Shown: piece by piece, positions 35,419 through 49,015 of the stretch | How positions within the stretch are numbered: position 1 is the first letter of the stretch | How the letters are laid out: every line of letters starts with the position of its first letter | From: Guillardia theta CCMP2712 | Lineage: Eukaryota > Protista > Cryptophyta | Direction: 5' to 3' | DNA: 64,000 bases | Assembly: GCF_000315625.1 (NCBI RefSeq) | Contig: NW_005434640.1 | Span: forward strand, 21,439 to 85,438 | Program-made: the position numbers and the translations under genes | Notes under the pieces: generated by a model | Seen by the model: the letters and a program-made list of their open reading frames with translations, nothing else | Databases searched by the model: none | What the model was told of the DNA's origin: nothing

Positions 35419-38400
35419 ATGGAGGATGATGAGCCTGAGGTAAGGGAGGAGGAGGAGGAGCAGCAGGAGGAGGAGCAGCAGGAGCAGGAGTAGGAGCAGG
35501 AGCAGGAGGAGCAAGAGCTGGAGCTGGAGTAGGAGCAGGAGCAAGAGGAGCAGGAGGAGGAGCAGGAGGAGGAGCAGGAGGAGGAAAGGGCTAGGAGCAT
35601 GAGAGGTTGTGGCAAGGGTAGGGTTGAAAACGAGGGTTCTGTTGATGAAGCGACGATCTAGCGTCGGGAGCAATGACATTAGCAAGTATTATAGCATAGA
35701 TGAAGAAGGGTATTGCAAAGCCTCTTATTCTAGCAAGAATCTCATGGTAATGGTGATACTAATGTAACGAAAGGAAAGTGAGCAAGTAGCAGTTGGTTTG
35801 TTGGGCTGACCTGGGTCTCACAGCTGACGAGGGAGGATCGGTCGTTCTTCAAGAAGAACAAGCATGGAGCTTCTTCGTTCCTTTTCAACAGCAGCCTTGA
35901 TGAGCTGGGGGAACAGACCAAGGGGAAGAACCAGAAGAAGAAGAAGAAGGAGCTTGACAAAGAGAACGATGCGCCCGTAAAGGCGAGCAGGGAGGAGAAG
36001 GACTACGAGAGCAAACCGAGACAGAGCAAGCACTGGGAGGAAGAGGCGGAGAAGGAGAGGAAGGAAGGGCTTCCTATCAAGTTGCCGGATGGGAGTCTGA
36101 AGAAGGTGCGAAGAGAGAAGGCTATCCCCGAGGACGACACGACAGAACACGCTCCTCTGAGTAGGAAGGCGCTGAAGAAGGCGAGGAGGGCACACGAGCA
36201 AGCCAAGAAGCAGGGGGAGGGGGAGCCAGAAAAGGAGGACGGGGAGGGCGAGGAGAAGCAGGAGGAGGAAGAAGAGAACGTCGAGGAGCCCGAGGTCCCA
36301 AAGACGCAGGACGAGAAGAAGCTCATCATTGCCGAATGCGGCAGTGCCATCATGAAGGACCCGGAGGCAAACATCAGCCAACTCTCGTCCCTGCACTCCT
36401 TCTGCTCAGATCCTGACCTCGTCGTTGCAAAGCTTGCGATTCTCTCAGAGACAGCCGTGTTCTCCGACATCATCCCTGGGTACAGGATCCGCCTCCCTAC
36501 GCAGAAGGAGAAGGAAATGAAGGTGTCAAAGGAGGTGGCGAAGCAGCGCAAGTACGAGGCTGCGATCCTTAAAGGGTACCAGAAGTTCCTGCAGTTCCTG
36601 GAGGGATACGGGAGGAAGGTGGAAAACAAGGCCAAGGACCTCGCGCAGAGCGGAGACGATGCGGCGGTCAGAGGAAGCATGTTGTACATCGTGGTGATGA
36701 GCATGGCGAGCTTGCTGAAGAAGCTGCCTCACTTCAACTTCGCCAAGAACATCATGCAGTCGCTCATCAGGAGGCTGGAGTCTCCGGTCGACCTTATCGC
36801 CGACGCTGCTCTCTCCGCCCTCAAGGAGCTGGTGGATCAGAGTATCCTCAACGATACTGTTGCTGAGTGCGTTCACATGATCGCCAACGTGGTGAAGGAG
36901 AGGGGAGGAAAAGTTCGACCGCAGGTTCTGAGCGTTTTCCTCAAGCTGAGAATAAGCTCGGAGATGCTGGAGGGGGGGAAGAAAAAGTCGAAGCAGAAGC
37001 AAGACGAGGAGGAGGAGGACCTGGAGAACTCGCTTGCGGAAGGGCATGCGACTGTGGCGAAGGAGGAGGTGAAAAGAGTGGCAACGGGCATCCTGGAGTC
37101 AGTGCTCAATACCTACTTCCGCGTCCTCAAGATGCAGCCTATCCAGCCGCAGCTGCTTCCTCCGGTCATGGAGGGCTTGTCCCGGTTCGCCCATCTGATC
37201 AACATCGACTTCTTCTCCGACCTCCTGCAGGCCATCAAGGCGCTCATGATTGCCGAGGACGACGCGGGTAGCGAGGAGGAGAAGGGGGCGCGTCTCTCGG
37301 TGGAGAGCTCGCTGCACAGCGTGATCTGCGTGTTCAAGTGCCTGCACAACCAGGGGGAAGTGTGGGACCTCGACCTGCAGGACTTCTACGACGTGCTCTT
37401 CCGCTCCATCCCCCGCATCGCGTCCTCCCCTTCCGAGCTTGGCAACGTTTCTCTGCTCCTCGAAGCTCTCCGCATGACCCTCTTCGACCTCCGCCAGCTG
37501 TCCACCGACCGAGTCGCAGGGTTTGTGAAGCGGCTCCTTGACCTGTCGCTCCATGTTCCACCGCAGCACGCCATGGCGATCCTGTCCCTTGTGCGGCAGC
37601 TCTTTACCCGCTACCCGAAGGTGGGGAAGGAGGGAGAGGAGGAGGGAGAGAGGAGGAGGGAGAGAGGAGGAGGGAGAGAGAAGGAGGGAGAGAGAAGGAG
37701 GGAGAGATGCGTGTTGGCTCTGAGTGTTCATGCAGGCTCGTAGGTTGTTGGATACGGAGCACGCTTGTGTCGGAATTTACAATCCAGGTGAGAGAAAGGG
37801 GAGGTACGATGAGATGGAGGGAAGACAAGAGGAAGAAGGGAAAGGAATGAAGACGGGAGAGGAACAATTACGACGTTGGGAGGGGAAGAGAATGAAGAGA
37901 ATGGAAATTTGGATCTTCGGCTTGTCCTGAGCGTTTCTCTGAGCGTTTCTTGTTCAGAGGTTGGCAATGCGGAGCTTTCAAATGCGCTTGCAAGCACGGC
38001 TTGGGAGATGAACTTGCTGGCTTGCTCCTACCATCCACATCAGGTGAACAGAGCAGAGGATGGGAGGAAGACAGAGGAGGGAGTAGGTGACTGTGGTCGT
38101 TTGAGAGCGAGAGGAGGAGAGGAATCGGGAGGAGGCGAGGAGAAGAAAAGTGTTTGACGCGTTTTATGCTCAGCAAACAGCGGCGACTGAAGTTGCCGGG
38201 ATGACGCAGGAGAACACGTTGGACGAGGATCGCTACAGGTACGGGAGAAGAGAAGTGAAGGAGACATCTGAGGGATCAGAGCAAAGGGGAGGAGTGAGAG
38301 AATGGAGGAAGTCTGGGGTCGAAGAAGAGGGAGGGAGGGGAGAGGAGGGAGGAGAGAGGAGGGGTGGGAGAGGAGGAGGAGAACAGGTAGAGAGGGAGAG

Positions 38401-38864
38401 CTGGAGTGCGAGTGGGAGTCGGAGCGAGAGACTGATTTCCTTGCAGGGCCCTGATCACCTCAAAGCCCTTTGAGAGCTTGTTGAAACAGTATGACTCTAC
38501 CAAGGCAAGGAGTCCTCTACCTCCTCCCTGCTCTCTCTATTTGCCCTGTTTATCTTCATTCTATCTATCTGTGCTCTATTTCCAAAATTCCTGTCTTGAC
38601 CCTCCTCTCCTTTCTGCCCTTCTTTGCCTATTCCCCTTCCTTGCCTCGTCAACGTAATTTCCTTTCCTCATCCTTACTCACGTTTCTGCTGTCTTGCTCT
38701 GACTGCTCGCAGGGAGGATTCAACCCTCCTATCAAGCAACCTTCTCCGCATCCCTTGATGGTACTCTACGAGAAGAGGAGCAGGTGACACAAGCTCGATA
38801 GTCCCATGGGAGAAGCAGGAAGGAGAGAAAGAATAGGATCACAGGAGCAGGAGCATGAATAGGA

Positions 38865-38897
<33 letters not shown>

Positions 38898-39660
38898 AGG
38901 GAGGGGGAACAGGAACAGCAGGGAGAGCAGGAGGGAGAGGAAGTTTGGGGAGCAGGAGCAGGAACAGGGCAGGAGCAGGAACAGGGGTTTGGGGATGGGG
39001 GATAGTGATAACAAAGGCGTTCAACCAGGAAAGCAAAACGAACGAGGGACAGCCGACCCATCGAACTTTTCGTCAGCGAGCCAAAGCACGCGGACTCGAA
39101 TTTCCTCAAGGTGAACCCTCCTGTAATTGATCTCATCCTATCCTCGTCCTTGTCCTTGTCCTCGTCCTCGTCCTCGTCTTCACTCTCAGATCTCTTAATC
39201 CCTCTCCCTTCCTTCCGTCATCCGCCTCTGTCCCCGCATCTCTCCTTGCTCACAGGAGCTTCTCCTGCAGGCGTTGAAGGCAAGGAATGGCAACGATCAC
39301 TGTGTGGCCCAGAAGGTGAGGCTGTGATGATGTTGATTCACACGTTGACAATCTGCGAACTAGAACTTGGAAAATCTGAACAACTCGATGTGCGCGCAAG
39401 ATGTGATGTCCTTCTTCAACAAGACAGCAGGAGTGCAAGCAGGTACTTTCATCTTGTTCATTGGCATCATCCTTACCACAACCCTCATCATCGCACTCTC
39501 CACTTCTCTACACATCTCTTCCCCATCCCCGGCGGCTCATGCTCTGAATGCAGTCAAACAAGTGAAGCGACAGAAGCTATCGAGCCAAAAGACAAATGCT
39601 GTGATCGGAAAGGCGGCGATCAAGAACAAAACGACCCGCAAGAAGATCAGCCGCAAGTAG
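35419..39660 (+). CDS. NOC3: Nucleolar complex protein 3, multi-exon
   Basis: LPIKLPDG, AVFSDIIPGYRIR, PHFNFAKNI, EGLSRFAHLINIDFFSDLL, DRVAGFVKRL, WEMNLLACSYHP (NOC3p and CBF domains). Confidence 0.93.
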
Positions 39661-40769
39661 CCGACGTTGTTCTAATATTCTCACATCAGCATTACCTGAA
39701 GCTGTACAGACTTGTTGATAATGAACATGAAAGTGCCAAGGGTCTTGTCATGTGAGACCATCAATCTCTCTCCGTCCTCGGCTATCTCCCTCCCCTGTCC
39801 CATGTACATCTTTCAACTGTCTTCTTATCTCGAATTCTCCTCCTCCTCTCTTTCCCCCCTGCCCCCCTGTCTGCCTGCCCCCCCCTCCCTTCCCTCCCTT
39901 CCTCCCTTCCTTCCTGCCTCCCTCCCTCCCTCCCTCCCTGTCGTCTCCTAGATTCAGAGTACCGGTACTACGATCATCCATCATTCGTGGGTGCACCCCA
40001 TCAAACTCAGCGTACCACCCACCCCTCTGACATATTTGACAACCCCACCCCAAATATCTCCCTCCTGCAAGCGGCTACTCCTTGCGGAAGCAGAATGCCA
40101 ACGGAGTGGGAGAGGAGGGAAGGAGTAAGAGAGAAAGAGGAGGAGGAGAGGTGAAGGAGGAGGAGGAGGAGGAGGAGGAGGAAGAGGAGGAAGAGGAGGA
40201 GGAAGAGGAGGAAGAGGAGGAGGAGAGGAGGAGGAGGGGGAGGAAGGTGAAACAGGAGGAGCGAAGACAAGAACAGAGAGAGAAGGCAGAGTTGTGTACT
40301 AGATGGGATGAAAGCGAAGAGAGAATGGTACCAAGGAAGGGCTGGGCAGGACAACAGGTATCGGGCAGGACAGCCCAAAGCGGTGGGCGAGAGGGAAGAA
40401 GTTGGAGAGTGGTTGGGAGATGTGTGGGGAGATGAGATGAGATGAGATTAGCATGTCGAGATTACCAGACAGAGCAGAGGCCAAGCGGACAGGTTCTAGC
40501 CGATTTTTGTGTGGCGTGTAGTTCCATGTAGATAATGAAGGAAGCATTGTTGTCATTCAAAGATCCTGCTGATATGATATGCATGCAACTCAACATGGCG
40601 CTGGCATGCTCTCCCTTCGATGCCCCTGACAGAGTGGTTCATAACAGCTGCAGATCAGTAACAAACATGGATGGCGCCATGGCAACGGGCCTCCCCCTCA
40701 TCTTCCTCCTCTCTCAGGCTGGCATGCAAACACGAGGCATGGTCTAAAACCGCAAGCGTGTCTATCAGA

Positions 40770-42315
40770 ATGTCAGCGTCGTTGATAGGAATGCCGAGGA
40801 GCGCTGCATTGCTCCTTCTGATCGCCCCCCTCGCAGCTTCCATGAGTCATGCGCCGCATGCTCGGTCGCCCGCCGCCTTCCTGGAGGAGTCGACGTGCAA
40901 GCAGCTGTTGAACGAGTCCGCATGCTTCCTGAGGGACGGATGCGCCTGGTGCTTCGAGGATGGAGATCGCAGCAGCAGCCAGAAGTTCTGCATGGCATGG
41001 CAGGAGTGCGGGGGCCCCTCGAGCCTCTGCGAGCTCCGGGGGAACGAGTCAACGTGCAACGGGAAGGATGGGGACCCAAACAAGACGAGCAACTGCCGGT
41101 GGTGTCTGACGGAGAGCCGCTGCGTGACGGGCCTGTGGGAGGGTGGCAACGTGAGCAAGGCAGATCAGGGGCAGTGCGTTGGATGCGACGGAGAGTTCGA
41201 CAGCGGGGCGGACTTCGACGTCTGCGAGGTCTGCGGTGGAGCGTGCGTGGAGCCGTATATCAGGACAGATAACCCATCCTGCTCCTGCCTCGGATGCGAC
41301 GGGACTCCCTTCTCTGGCCTTGTGGTGGACGCGTGCGGGGTGTGCGGGGGGAGCAACGATAGCTGCACTATCTACCCGTTCACCTTCGAGCAGTCCATCG
41401 GAGTTTCTCTTGCGCTGTCCGGTAACTTTGTGATCTCCCTCAGCCTCAACCTGCAGAAGTACACACACAACCAGAACCAGGAGCTGTCAGGAGGAGAGCG
41501 GTCGTACACCGACATCCCCTTGTGGTGGGTCGGTATGGGCCTTATGGTCCTGGGCGAAACAGGGAACTTTCTGGCGTACGCGTATGCTCCTGCTACCCTC
41601 GTTGCTCCCCTCGGTGCCGTCACGGTGATCAGCAATAGCATCCTCGCTCACTACGTGCTCAAGGAGGACTTGAGGCCGAGGAACGTCGCCGGCGTCGTCC
41701 TCGCAATCCTCGGCGCTGTCCTCATCGTCGTGTATGCACCAGACTCGCAGAAGCAGTTGACCATGGAGCTGCTGGAGCAGTACATGAGCGAGACCTCCTT
41801 CATCATCTTCATCATCTTCATCCTCCTCACCATCACAGGGCTTCACGCGCTGGGGGAGCAGTACAAGAAGCGGTATGTGGTGCTGTACCTGCTCATGTGC
41901 TCCCTGTACGGATCGCTCACGGTCATGTGCGTCAAGGGAGTTTCAACTGCCTTCATTCTCACCATGTCGGGGCACAACGCTTTCAATCACCTGCTGCCTT
42001 GGGTCCTGGTGATCACCATGATCGTCACCACCATCACTCAGATCCGCATCCTCAACCTTGCCATGATCAACTTCGGTGCTTCGGAGGTGGTCCCGGTCTA
42101 CTACGTCCTCTTCACCTTCTGCTCGGTGCGTTGGTTGCAGACAGAGATAGGAGAGAAGAGGAGGGTTAACGACGAGGAGAGTAGAACCAGGAACGGATAT
42201 GGAGGGAGAAAGGGGAAAGCAGATGGAGAAGGAAGAGGAGGGAGAGGGATGAAAGAATTGAAATGAAGGGGGCTGAGAGGTGGGAAAGAGAAGCAGGGAG
42301 ATAGCGTGGACAAGG

Positions 42316-42405
<90 letters not shown>

Positions 42406-43272
42406 GCTCAGGTTGACTTGCAGTGGACGCAGGTGGTAGGGGGGATGGTCCTGTACAAGGAGTACCATCAGAACTGCCCCGACCAGGACCTGCCGTGCAA
42501 CAAGACTCTCTTCTTCCTCCTCGGCATCTTCGTGACCTTCTCCGGCGTCTACCTCATCACCTTCTCTCGCAAGCAACCCGACCTCTCCTACCGCTACGAT
42601 GAACCCTTGAGGTGATGCGGCCACATCCTCTTTCCCTTCTCTCTCCTCCCCCTTGCCCCCCCCTTCCTCTCCTCCCGTCCCTCTGCCCCTTTTTCCTTCT
42701 CTCCTCCCTTCTCCTCCCTTCCGCTTCCCTGTCGTCCTCCTCCCTTCCCCTGCTCCCTTCTCCTTTCATCTCCCCCTGTTTTCTCTCCCGCTTTCCACTC
42801 CTCCCTAACCCTTCTTCCTTCTGCTCCTCCTCCCCAGCCCTTACTCCTCCTCCTCTTCCTCTTCTTCCTCCTCCTCCCTGACTCTTCCCCTCCTCTCGCC
42901 GTGGGGGTTGGTAATCTTTGGCTGCTGTAGTTTGTCGAATGATGAGGAGAGGGTCTCCGAGAGAGAGGGCCTGCTGGCGGAGACAAGCCTGGAGGAGGGA
43001 GAAAGGATGCCGAGAGAGCTGCGAGAGCTGGCGACAGTTTCAGTTTCAGGTTGCTGCCCCTTACCTTCCTCTCCCTCCTTGCACTCTCCTCGCATCCCTT
43101 CACTCTCCTCCTCCCCTTCCTCCTCCTCCTCCCCCACCTCTTCTATCACTATCTCCCCTCCTCCTCCTCCTCGTCTTGTTTCCCTCCATTCGAAGTCTTT
43201 GCTGATCTCAGTGCTGCAGGAGCAGCCACTTCGTCCGTGGACGAGACAAAGTTTCTCCCCTCGGAGCTGTGA
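40770..43272 (+). CDS. NIPA-family Mg2+ transporter with an N-terminal signal peptide and Cys-rich ectodomain
   Basis: GVSLALSGNFVISLSLNLQK, WWVGMGLMVLGETGNFLAYAYAPATLVAPLGAVTVI, LNLAM..FGASEVVPVYYVLFT; spliced tail ends at 43272. Confidence 0.92.
42315..42403. repeat. (GAGCAG)n hexanucleotide microsatellite (also 35445-35585, 38860-38985, 48960-49015, 61210-61370)
   Basis: Direct reading. Confidence 0.95.
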
Positions 43273-43611
43273 AGTTAGGTGCGGGTGTAATTTAATTCTT
43301 TAAACAGTAAAGGACCAACGATGTGTGGAAGGGTCGAGTACCCCCAAACAGGATGGGATGGAGGATGGGAAGGAAAGGAGAAGGTGGGAACAAGAATTTT
43401 GCTCTTGGTGATCGACGACCTTCCTTTCCCTTCCGCTCTGATTCACAGCTCTACAAGCCCTTCAGCTCTCAAGACAAGGGAGCAAGCTTGTTCGTACTTC
43501 ATTTACTCCTCAACTCATCTCAACAGCTCTCAACCGATTCTCCTCTCCTCTCCTCTCCTCTCCTCTCTTCTCCTCTCCTCGCCTCTTCCCTCCTCTTTCT
43601 GCCCCTGTCTC

Positions 43612-45281
43612 TCAAATTTTGAACCGCCCGTTGCTATCAAACAAGGAGGCTACACGATGCAGCTCGCTTCTGGACACCAGCCTGTCTCCGTTGACATCCA
43701 CCGCATGGAGCGCAGTGTGAAGTCCTTCTGCTGGGACCCCCAGCGCTCTCAGCGCCAGCATCACCTCGTTAGGGTCCAGTATCCCGTTGCCGTCCTTGTC
43801 GAACCTCTCGAACACTCGGTCGATCCCCTCGAGCGAGAGAGCGCTGACGTAGCTGTCAAACGCTCCACCGTCAGCCCCAGCTAGTTCCCAGCCAAAGTGA
43901 CTCACCTCGTCTCCACCGCAGCCTCCTTGGGCTTGACCTGCTGCTTGGCAAAGATCCTCTCGCGATCCAGCTGCTGGAAGCGACTCGAGCCGTCGGAATG
44001 CCGCCGAAACTCGATATCATGCAAGATGTCTTCGACGCCATGATCAGAAGACCTCGGCTCCTGCGAGCTGCTGCAGGTCTTCCGTCCCGCTCCTACTTCC
44101 TCTGACTTGTCATGGCTGTGATGATGATGACGATGATGGTGATGGTGATGTTCAGCATGATGCTCCCCGTGAACTAGCCGGTAGGCCTTGCTGAACTCAG
44201 CCTTGCTGATCCTCTGATCCCTGTTCACATCCAGCTGTCTCAGGAGGGTTTCCATCTCCTCCTCCTTGGCCCCGACCATCTTGAGCGCGTACCGGGCCTC
44301 TTCGAAGCTGAGGAACCCGTTGCAGTCCCTGTCACAGTAGTCGAACACCTTCGGAAGATCCTGACGGCTGCAACGCTTGTCACCCATCCCTCACACCACC
44401 CTCTCCTCCTCACCTGCTCACTGCCGGGGCCGGAGCCCGCCGGTCCAGGTCACTCAGACTCTTCCAAGGGTTGGTGATCCACTTCGCACGACAGCTGACA
44501 GGCTGAGCCTCCACGGGCTTCAGTGAGATCCCCTCGGTCTGCAGCTGGAGGAGAGCTAGGGCCTTGAACTCTCGCTTGCTGATCACTCCGTCGGCGTTGG
44601 TGTCGATGAGACGGAAGACCGGCTCCAGCTTCTCCTCCGGCAGCCCCAGAGCTGCCAGCGCCCTCATGGCCTCCTCCTTGTCCAGCACTCCATTGTGATC
44701 CAGGTCGCAGCGGTGGAACAAATTCCTCAGGTACTTCATGTCAAACGCTCCGGCGCTGCCGACCCGCAGTCAGAGCAGCTGCTTGAAGAGCATGCGAGGT
44801 AACAACTGACCTGCCTCCCTCCCCTGGTGAGCTCTGTCCGCTAGATGATCGACTGCCGCTCCTGCTCGATCGCCTTGAAGTGCTCCCCTCCTCGCTGCTG
44901 TAGCCGGCCGACAGCTCACTGTGCCTATGAACCACCGTGAGGAGAACCAACAGGTCAAACGCGCCCCCACCTCTGAGTCTTGCGGAACTCCCGGTAGGAC
45001 ACGTCTGACCTCCTCCTGTGGGGGCTCTGTCCTCGGCCCAAGTGCTCTTCGAACTTCTCTGGGCTCGGGGTCCTGCTGGAGCTCCTGGACGACCTTGGCC
45101 TGACCTCCTGCTCCTCCAGCAGCTGAAGCTTCTCCGGCCTTACCAAGATGGTCTTGCCGCCTCCAAGCTTTATCTCTACCTTGCCTCCCAGGAAGTCGTT
45201 CACCAGGGCTCTCTCGCCATTGTACTGGGGGGCACTTCGCAGCCCGTCGACTAGGACGCTCTGTCCCACTTTGAAGCTCAT
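43612..45281 (-). CDS. Calcium-binding protein with three EF-hand pairs and an N-terminal SH3/KOW-like module
   Basis: Loops DLDHNGVLDKEE, DTNADGVISKRE, DRDCNGFLSFEE, DVNRDQRISKAE, DKDGNGILDPNE, DVNGDRLVSRSE; N-terminal VLVDGLRSAPQYNG..ILVRPEKL. Confidence 0.88.
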
Positions 45282-48200
45282 CGCCTGTCAAAGGGCATAC
45301 GGTCAGTCGATGAAGAAACATCATGACACTTCCTCTCAGTCCTCTCCTACTAGGCCTGTCTCAATGCACCTCAGTCTCCTTAGCTCTACAGCCTCCTCCT
45401 CAGTCTCTCTTCTCCTTCCCCATCTGCGGCCGCGTGCGGCGTCGACCCGACAGTTGTTCGTGCAGCAGCCTCCGCTCGCTGTTGCTTTGATATGTCAGTG
45501 AGTGAGTGCTTCCCTCCGTTCCCCTCCTAGTACCGACGGTACCCCCGTACCCCCCTATAGTAGGCTCTCATCCCATCATGAGAGGGTGGGTAGGGGTATT
45601 CGGCTCGGAGCATGAGACCATGATGATGACAGGTGGCAGTGACTCCGAGACCCCCCGATCACTACCAGAATATTTTACTCATCGAAGAGTGCCTCTATCT
45701 TGTGCCTGCTGGCGCCGGCTCGACCTCCAACTCCGACTGGCCGAGTGACTCCGAGCCTGAGACTCTCGGAGACTCAGTGACAGCGAGTCCGAGCCGGGAG
45801 GCTCCGGGAGCCACTGCCGAGGTCACGGACTCGCCGGAGTCATCCGAGTCGGACGGCGATCATGAGTCAAGTCCTCGGAGCTTGGCTTGAATCGGAGCAT
45901 TATGTCTTCAACGGTTCAACGGTTCCAACTGAACTGATAGTCACGGAGGCTGATCCACGGATCAAGCCGCAGTGTACTGCCGCGGGGTCCCCGGAGGCCA
46001 GGCCCGGCGGGGGCCGGCCCGGGGGGCATTACGTTCGCTTGTTGGTTTTGGGGTTCTTTTTCCTGTGGGGCTCTGATACAGGCGTGGTAGAGTTTGAAGA
46101 GGGAAATGCACAGGGGTGGGTCCTGTAATACTAATTTATTTGTTTTAATGGTACAAATTACAATACTTTTAAGAGTCCAGCATTTTATGATGGTAGACCC
46201 CCCGAGCCCCCCCCCCCTCCCTTCAGCCCTCTCGCGATGGTGCAGGGATATGCACAACGCTAATCAATGACGAAGACGGATAGACCATCAAGATTCGAAG
46301 TTAATGTCGATGAGATATCTTGATAGCACGGTCGTTGTGTTGCTTTTGTGAATACAATCATCATTATCGTAATCTAATCTTGCAAGTTCAGAATCAAGCA
46401 CCATCCAAGTGTTGCTGTGATGATTTTTCATTCGCATAGTCGACAATGTTATGTTTTATCAATAAACAAATGCTTGAGATGTAAAGTATTGCACTAGATA
46501 TCCAGTGCTGTTTGTCAAAGCAGCTCAACCTTCACTCGTGCCCTCACAAACAAGATGGGACAACGAGCATCCTGCTCTTGCCTCATCATAGTGTAATCAA
46601 GGATTTTGATTTTGCATAGTTCAAGATATTTGATGTTAGAAATTTTGTGCCTCAGATTTACAGTATACATTTGAATGGGAGCGGCAACATGTTTCACGGG
46701 CATTGGCAAGGTGTATGAACATCCAACTAGGGTCACGAAAGCATGAACTGAGCTGAGTGTACGTGTTCTATCAAGCACGATTCAAAGCTCATGGCCCTGC
46801 TTTGAAGCGCGGTTCGTTCGGAACCTTGCAACCTGCATGCTGTGGACTGATATGATGTTCAGAACTCTAGAGTGTTGTAGACAGTAGCAGCTTCGCATGC
46901 AGCGAGTAGCAATACTCTGTAACACGATTGTTCTCGGTCAAGGCATCAACAGACGGTACGCATTTCATTAAGCATGATTTGGAATTAGTTTACTTGCAAG
47001 AGAACTCCTGTGCACATGACTCTGCAACTGCGCTGGAAAGTTGCATGCAGATCTCAGCATGATGATGTGACGCAGAAAAGCTCACTCCATACAGGTTGTC
47101 AACTCTCACGATGTAAGGATATGAAGTCAAGCTATGTATGCAACATTGAGATACGTTGCTTCAGAAGTGATCCACTGTCATGAATTCTCATGAATTCATT
47201 CAAATCGTCTTTTCTCCACATGTTGAGCACCAACAGCAAGTATTCGATACACTTAGATCATCCCTACATAATTTTCTTTTGTCGTAAAACTTGTCTGCTG
47301 TCGATATCGTCACGAGCATGTAATATCTTACATGTGTTCATTGTTCTGCTAGGAAGGAAGGTGCCAAGGAAAAAAATGCCGTGTTGCTTGTTCATGTGGA
47401 TGCACGATGCTTACCTGATACACAAACATGAGAAGATCAATCTTCACTTGATCTCAGCCTCACCGTGATTCGTGATGGGATCTGTTTTTGAGAAACAGAT
47501 TGCCGCTAACAGTTTGCACGTCTTCAACAATGTTGTTCAAGCTGGAATTGGGGTTCTAAACAATCTAGACAATATAACGTCTGTCATCAACCTGTATGTG
47601 GAGTAGCAATGCCAACCTGAGTGCATCACCACATGTAATATGTGCAAGTGCAGCGTTGAAAAGGGCAGAGCTTTGGGCATCCTGATCCATGCACGATGAC
47701 TGCTCGCCGGGAAGCAGGATCTGTCACTAAAGTATCAGAGTTGCAAAGTGAGCATGCATACCACTCAAACCCACCATCTTTGATTCTCATGTTTGACCTT
47801 TGTCACCATGTTGGTCTTGGCATCTTTCAGTAGCCTGATGGTCGCTGGATGGGCAACATTCATCATGCATCGAGAGGGAGGGATGGGTTGGGGATTCCTT
47901 ACCACCCACCCCCTGATCCCAAGATTGAGTGCCGTATCGACCACCCTCCTGTTTTAGGGAATTATGACACATGAGCAAGGGTGGGTACCTTACGTTAAAG
48001 TTCAAATTTTGAATACACGCCTCTGACCAGGGGTTATGCCTGCTGTATCCAACAGAGAAAAGCATGGGTGGGTCGATAGGATTTTCGGTACTGTTCTTGT
48101 ACCACGAAGGCGTGTAGAATTGATTTTATTGTCGTCATGCAGTACAGTTTGAATCTAAGAATAGCACGCCGCCGATACAAATTTCTGCATGCAAATACTT

Positions 48201-48962
48201 GGAATAAAAGGTTCACAACCTACCCTTGCCCCAGCCAAGTCGCCCACCCGACCTACTCTTTTCCCATGGGAGAGTGAGGGTGGGGTCTACTCCAGGCAAG
48301 GGCAGAAGACCCCCAGGCGCCATCAGGGGGGGAAGGACTGGTACAAATTGCAATTAGAGCCGTGTCCATGATTAGTACCAGAAGGACAGGATCGAGAATT
48401 AACTAAAGCTATAAGCGAACGTAATGGGGGCGGCAGTGATCGTGACTGAGTACCCGGGAAAAAAAAAAAAAACCGGCGGTATGCGTGCCTCGCGCGGCCC
48501 GCAGCAACTGACTTGAACTGAATTTTGAGTACTACGGTACTTGAGAGGCATTGAACCGTTTAGTTTCTCTCTCAGTGACACAAAGTTAAGCATTAAAAAA
48601 CTTGAAAAAAAAAGTTATTGATCGGACCCGGCGTTCGGAGTTCCGGGGGGCCGAGCCAACGAAGGTTCCGCCGCCGAGTCCCCGGCGGCCTTGACCCGGG
48701 CGGCGACTCGGCGACCGGGCCCCCGGCCCCCGGATCGGACCGTACTGGGCTCACTGAGTACGGTCAGGGCCCGGGCCCGGGCCGGCCGCCGCCGCGACTT
48801 TTTGATAGTGAATATTTGACTATAGGGCCGCCTAAGAATCGTGCGGCTCCTCATGCTTTGCTGGGTGACGTGGTGGTGGGAGGTGGGGGAGAGCAGCGAG
48901 TGGTGAGAGAGGAAGGAGGTGGGAAATATAGGATCAGGAGATGGGAGGATCAGGAGATGGCT

Positions 48963-49015
<53 letters not shown>

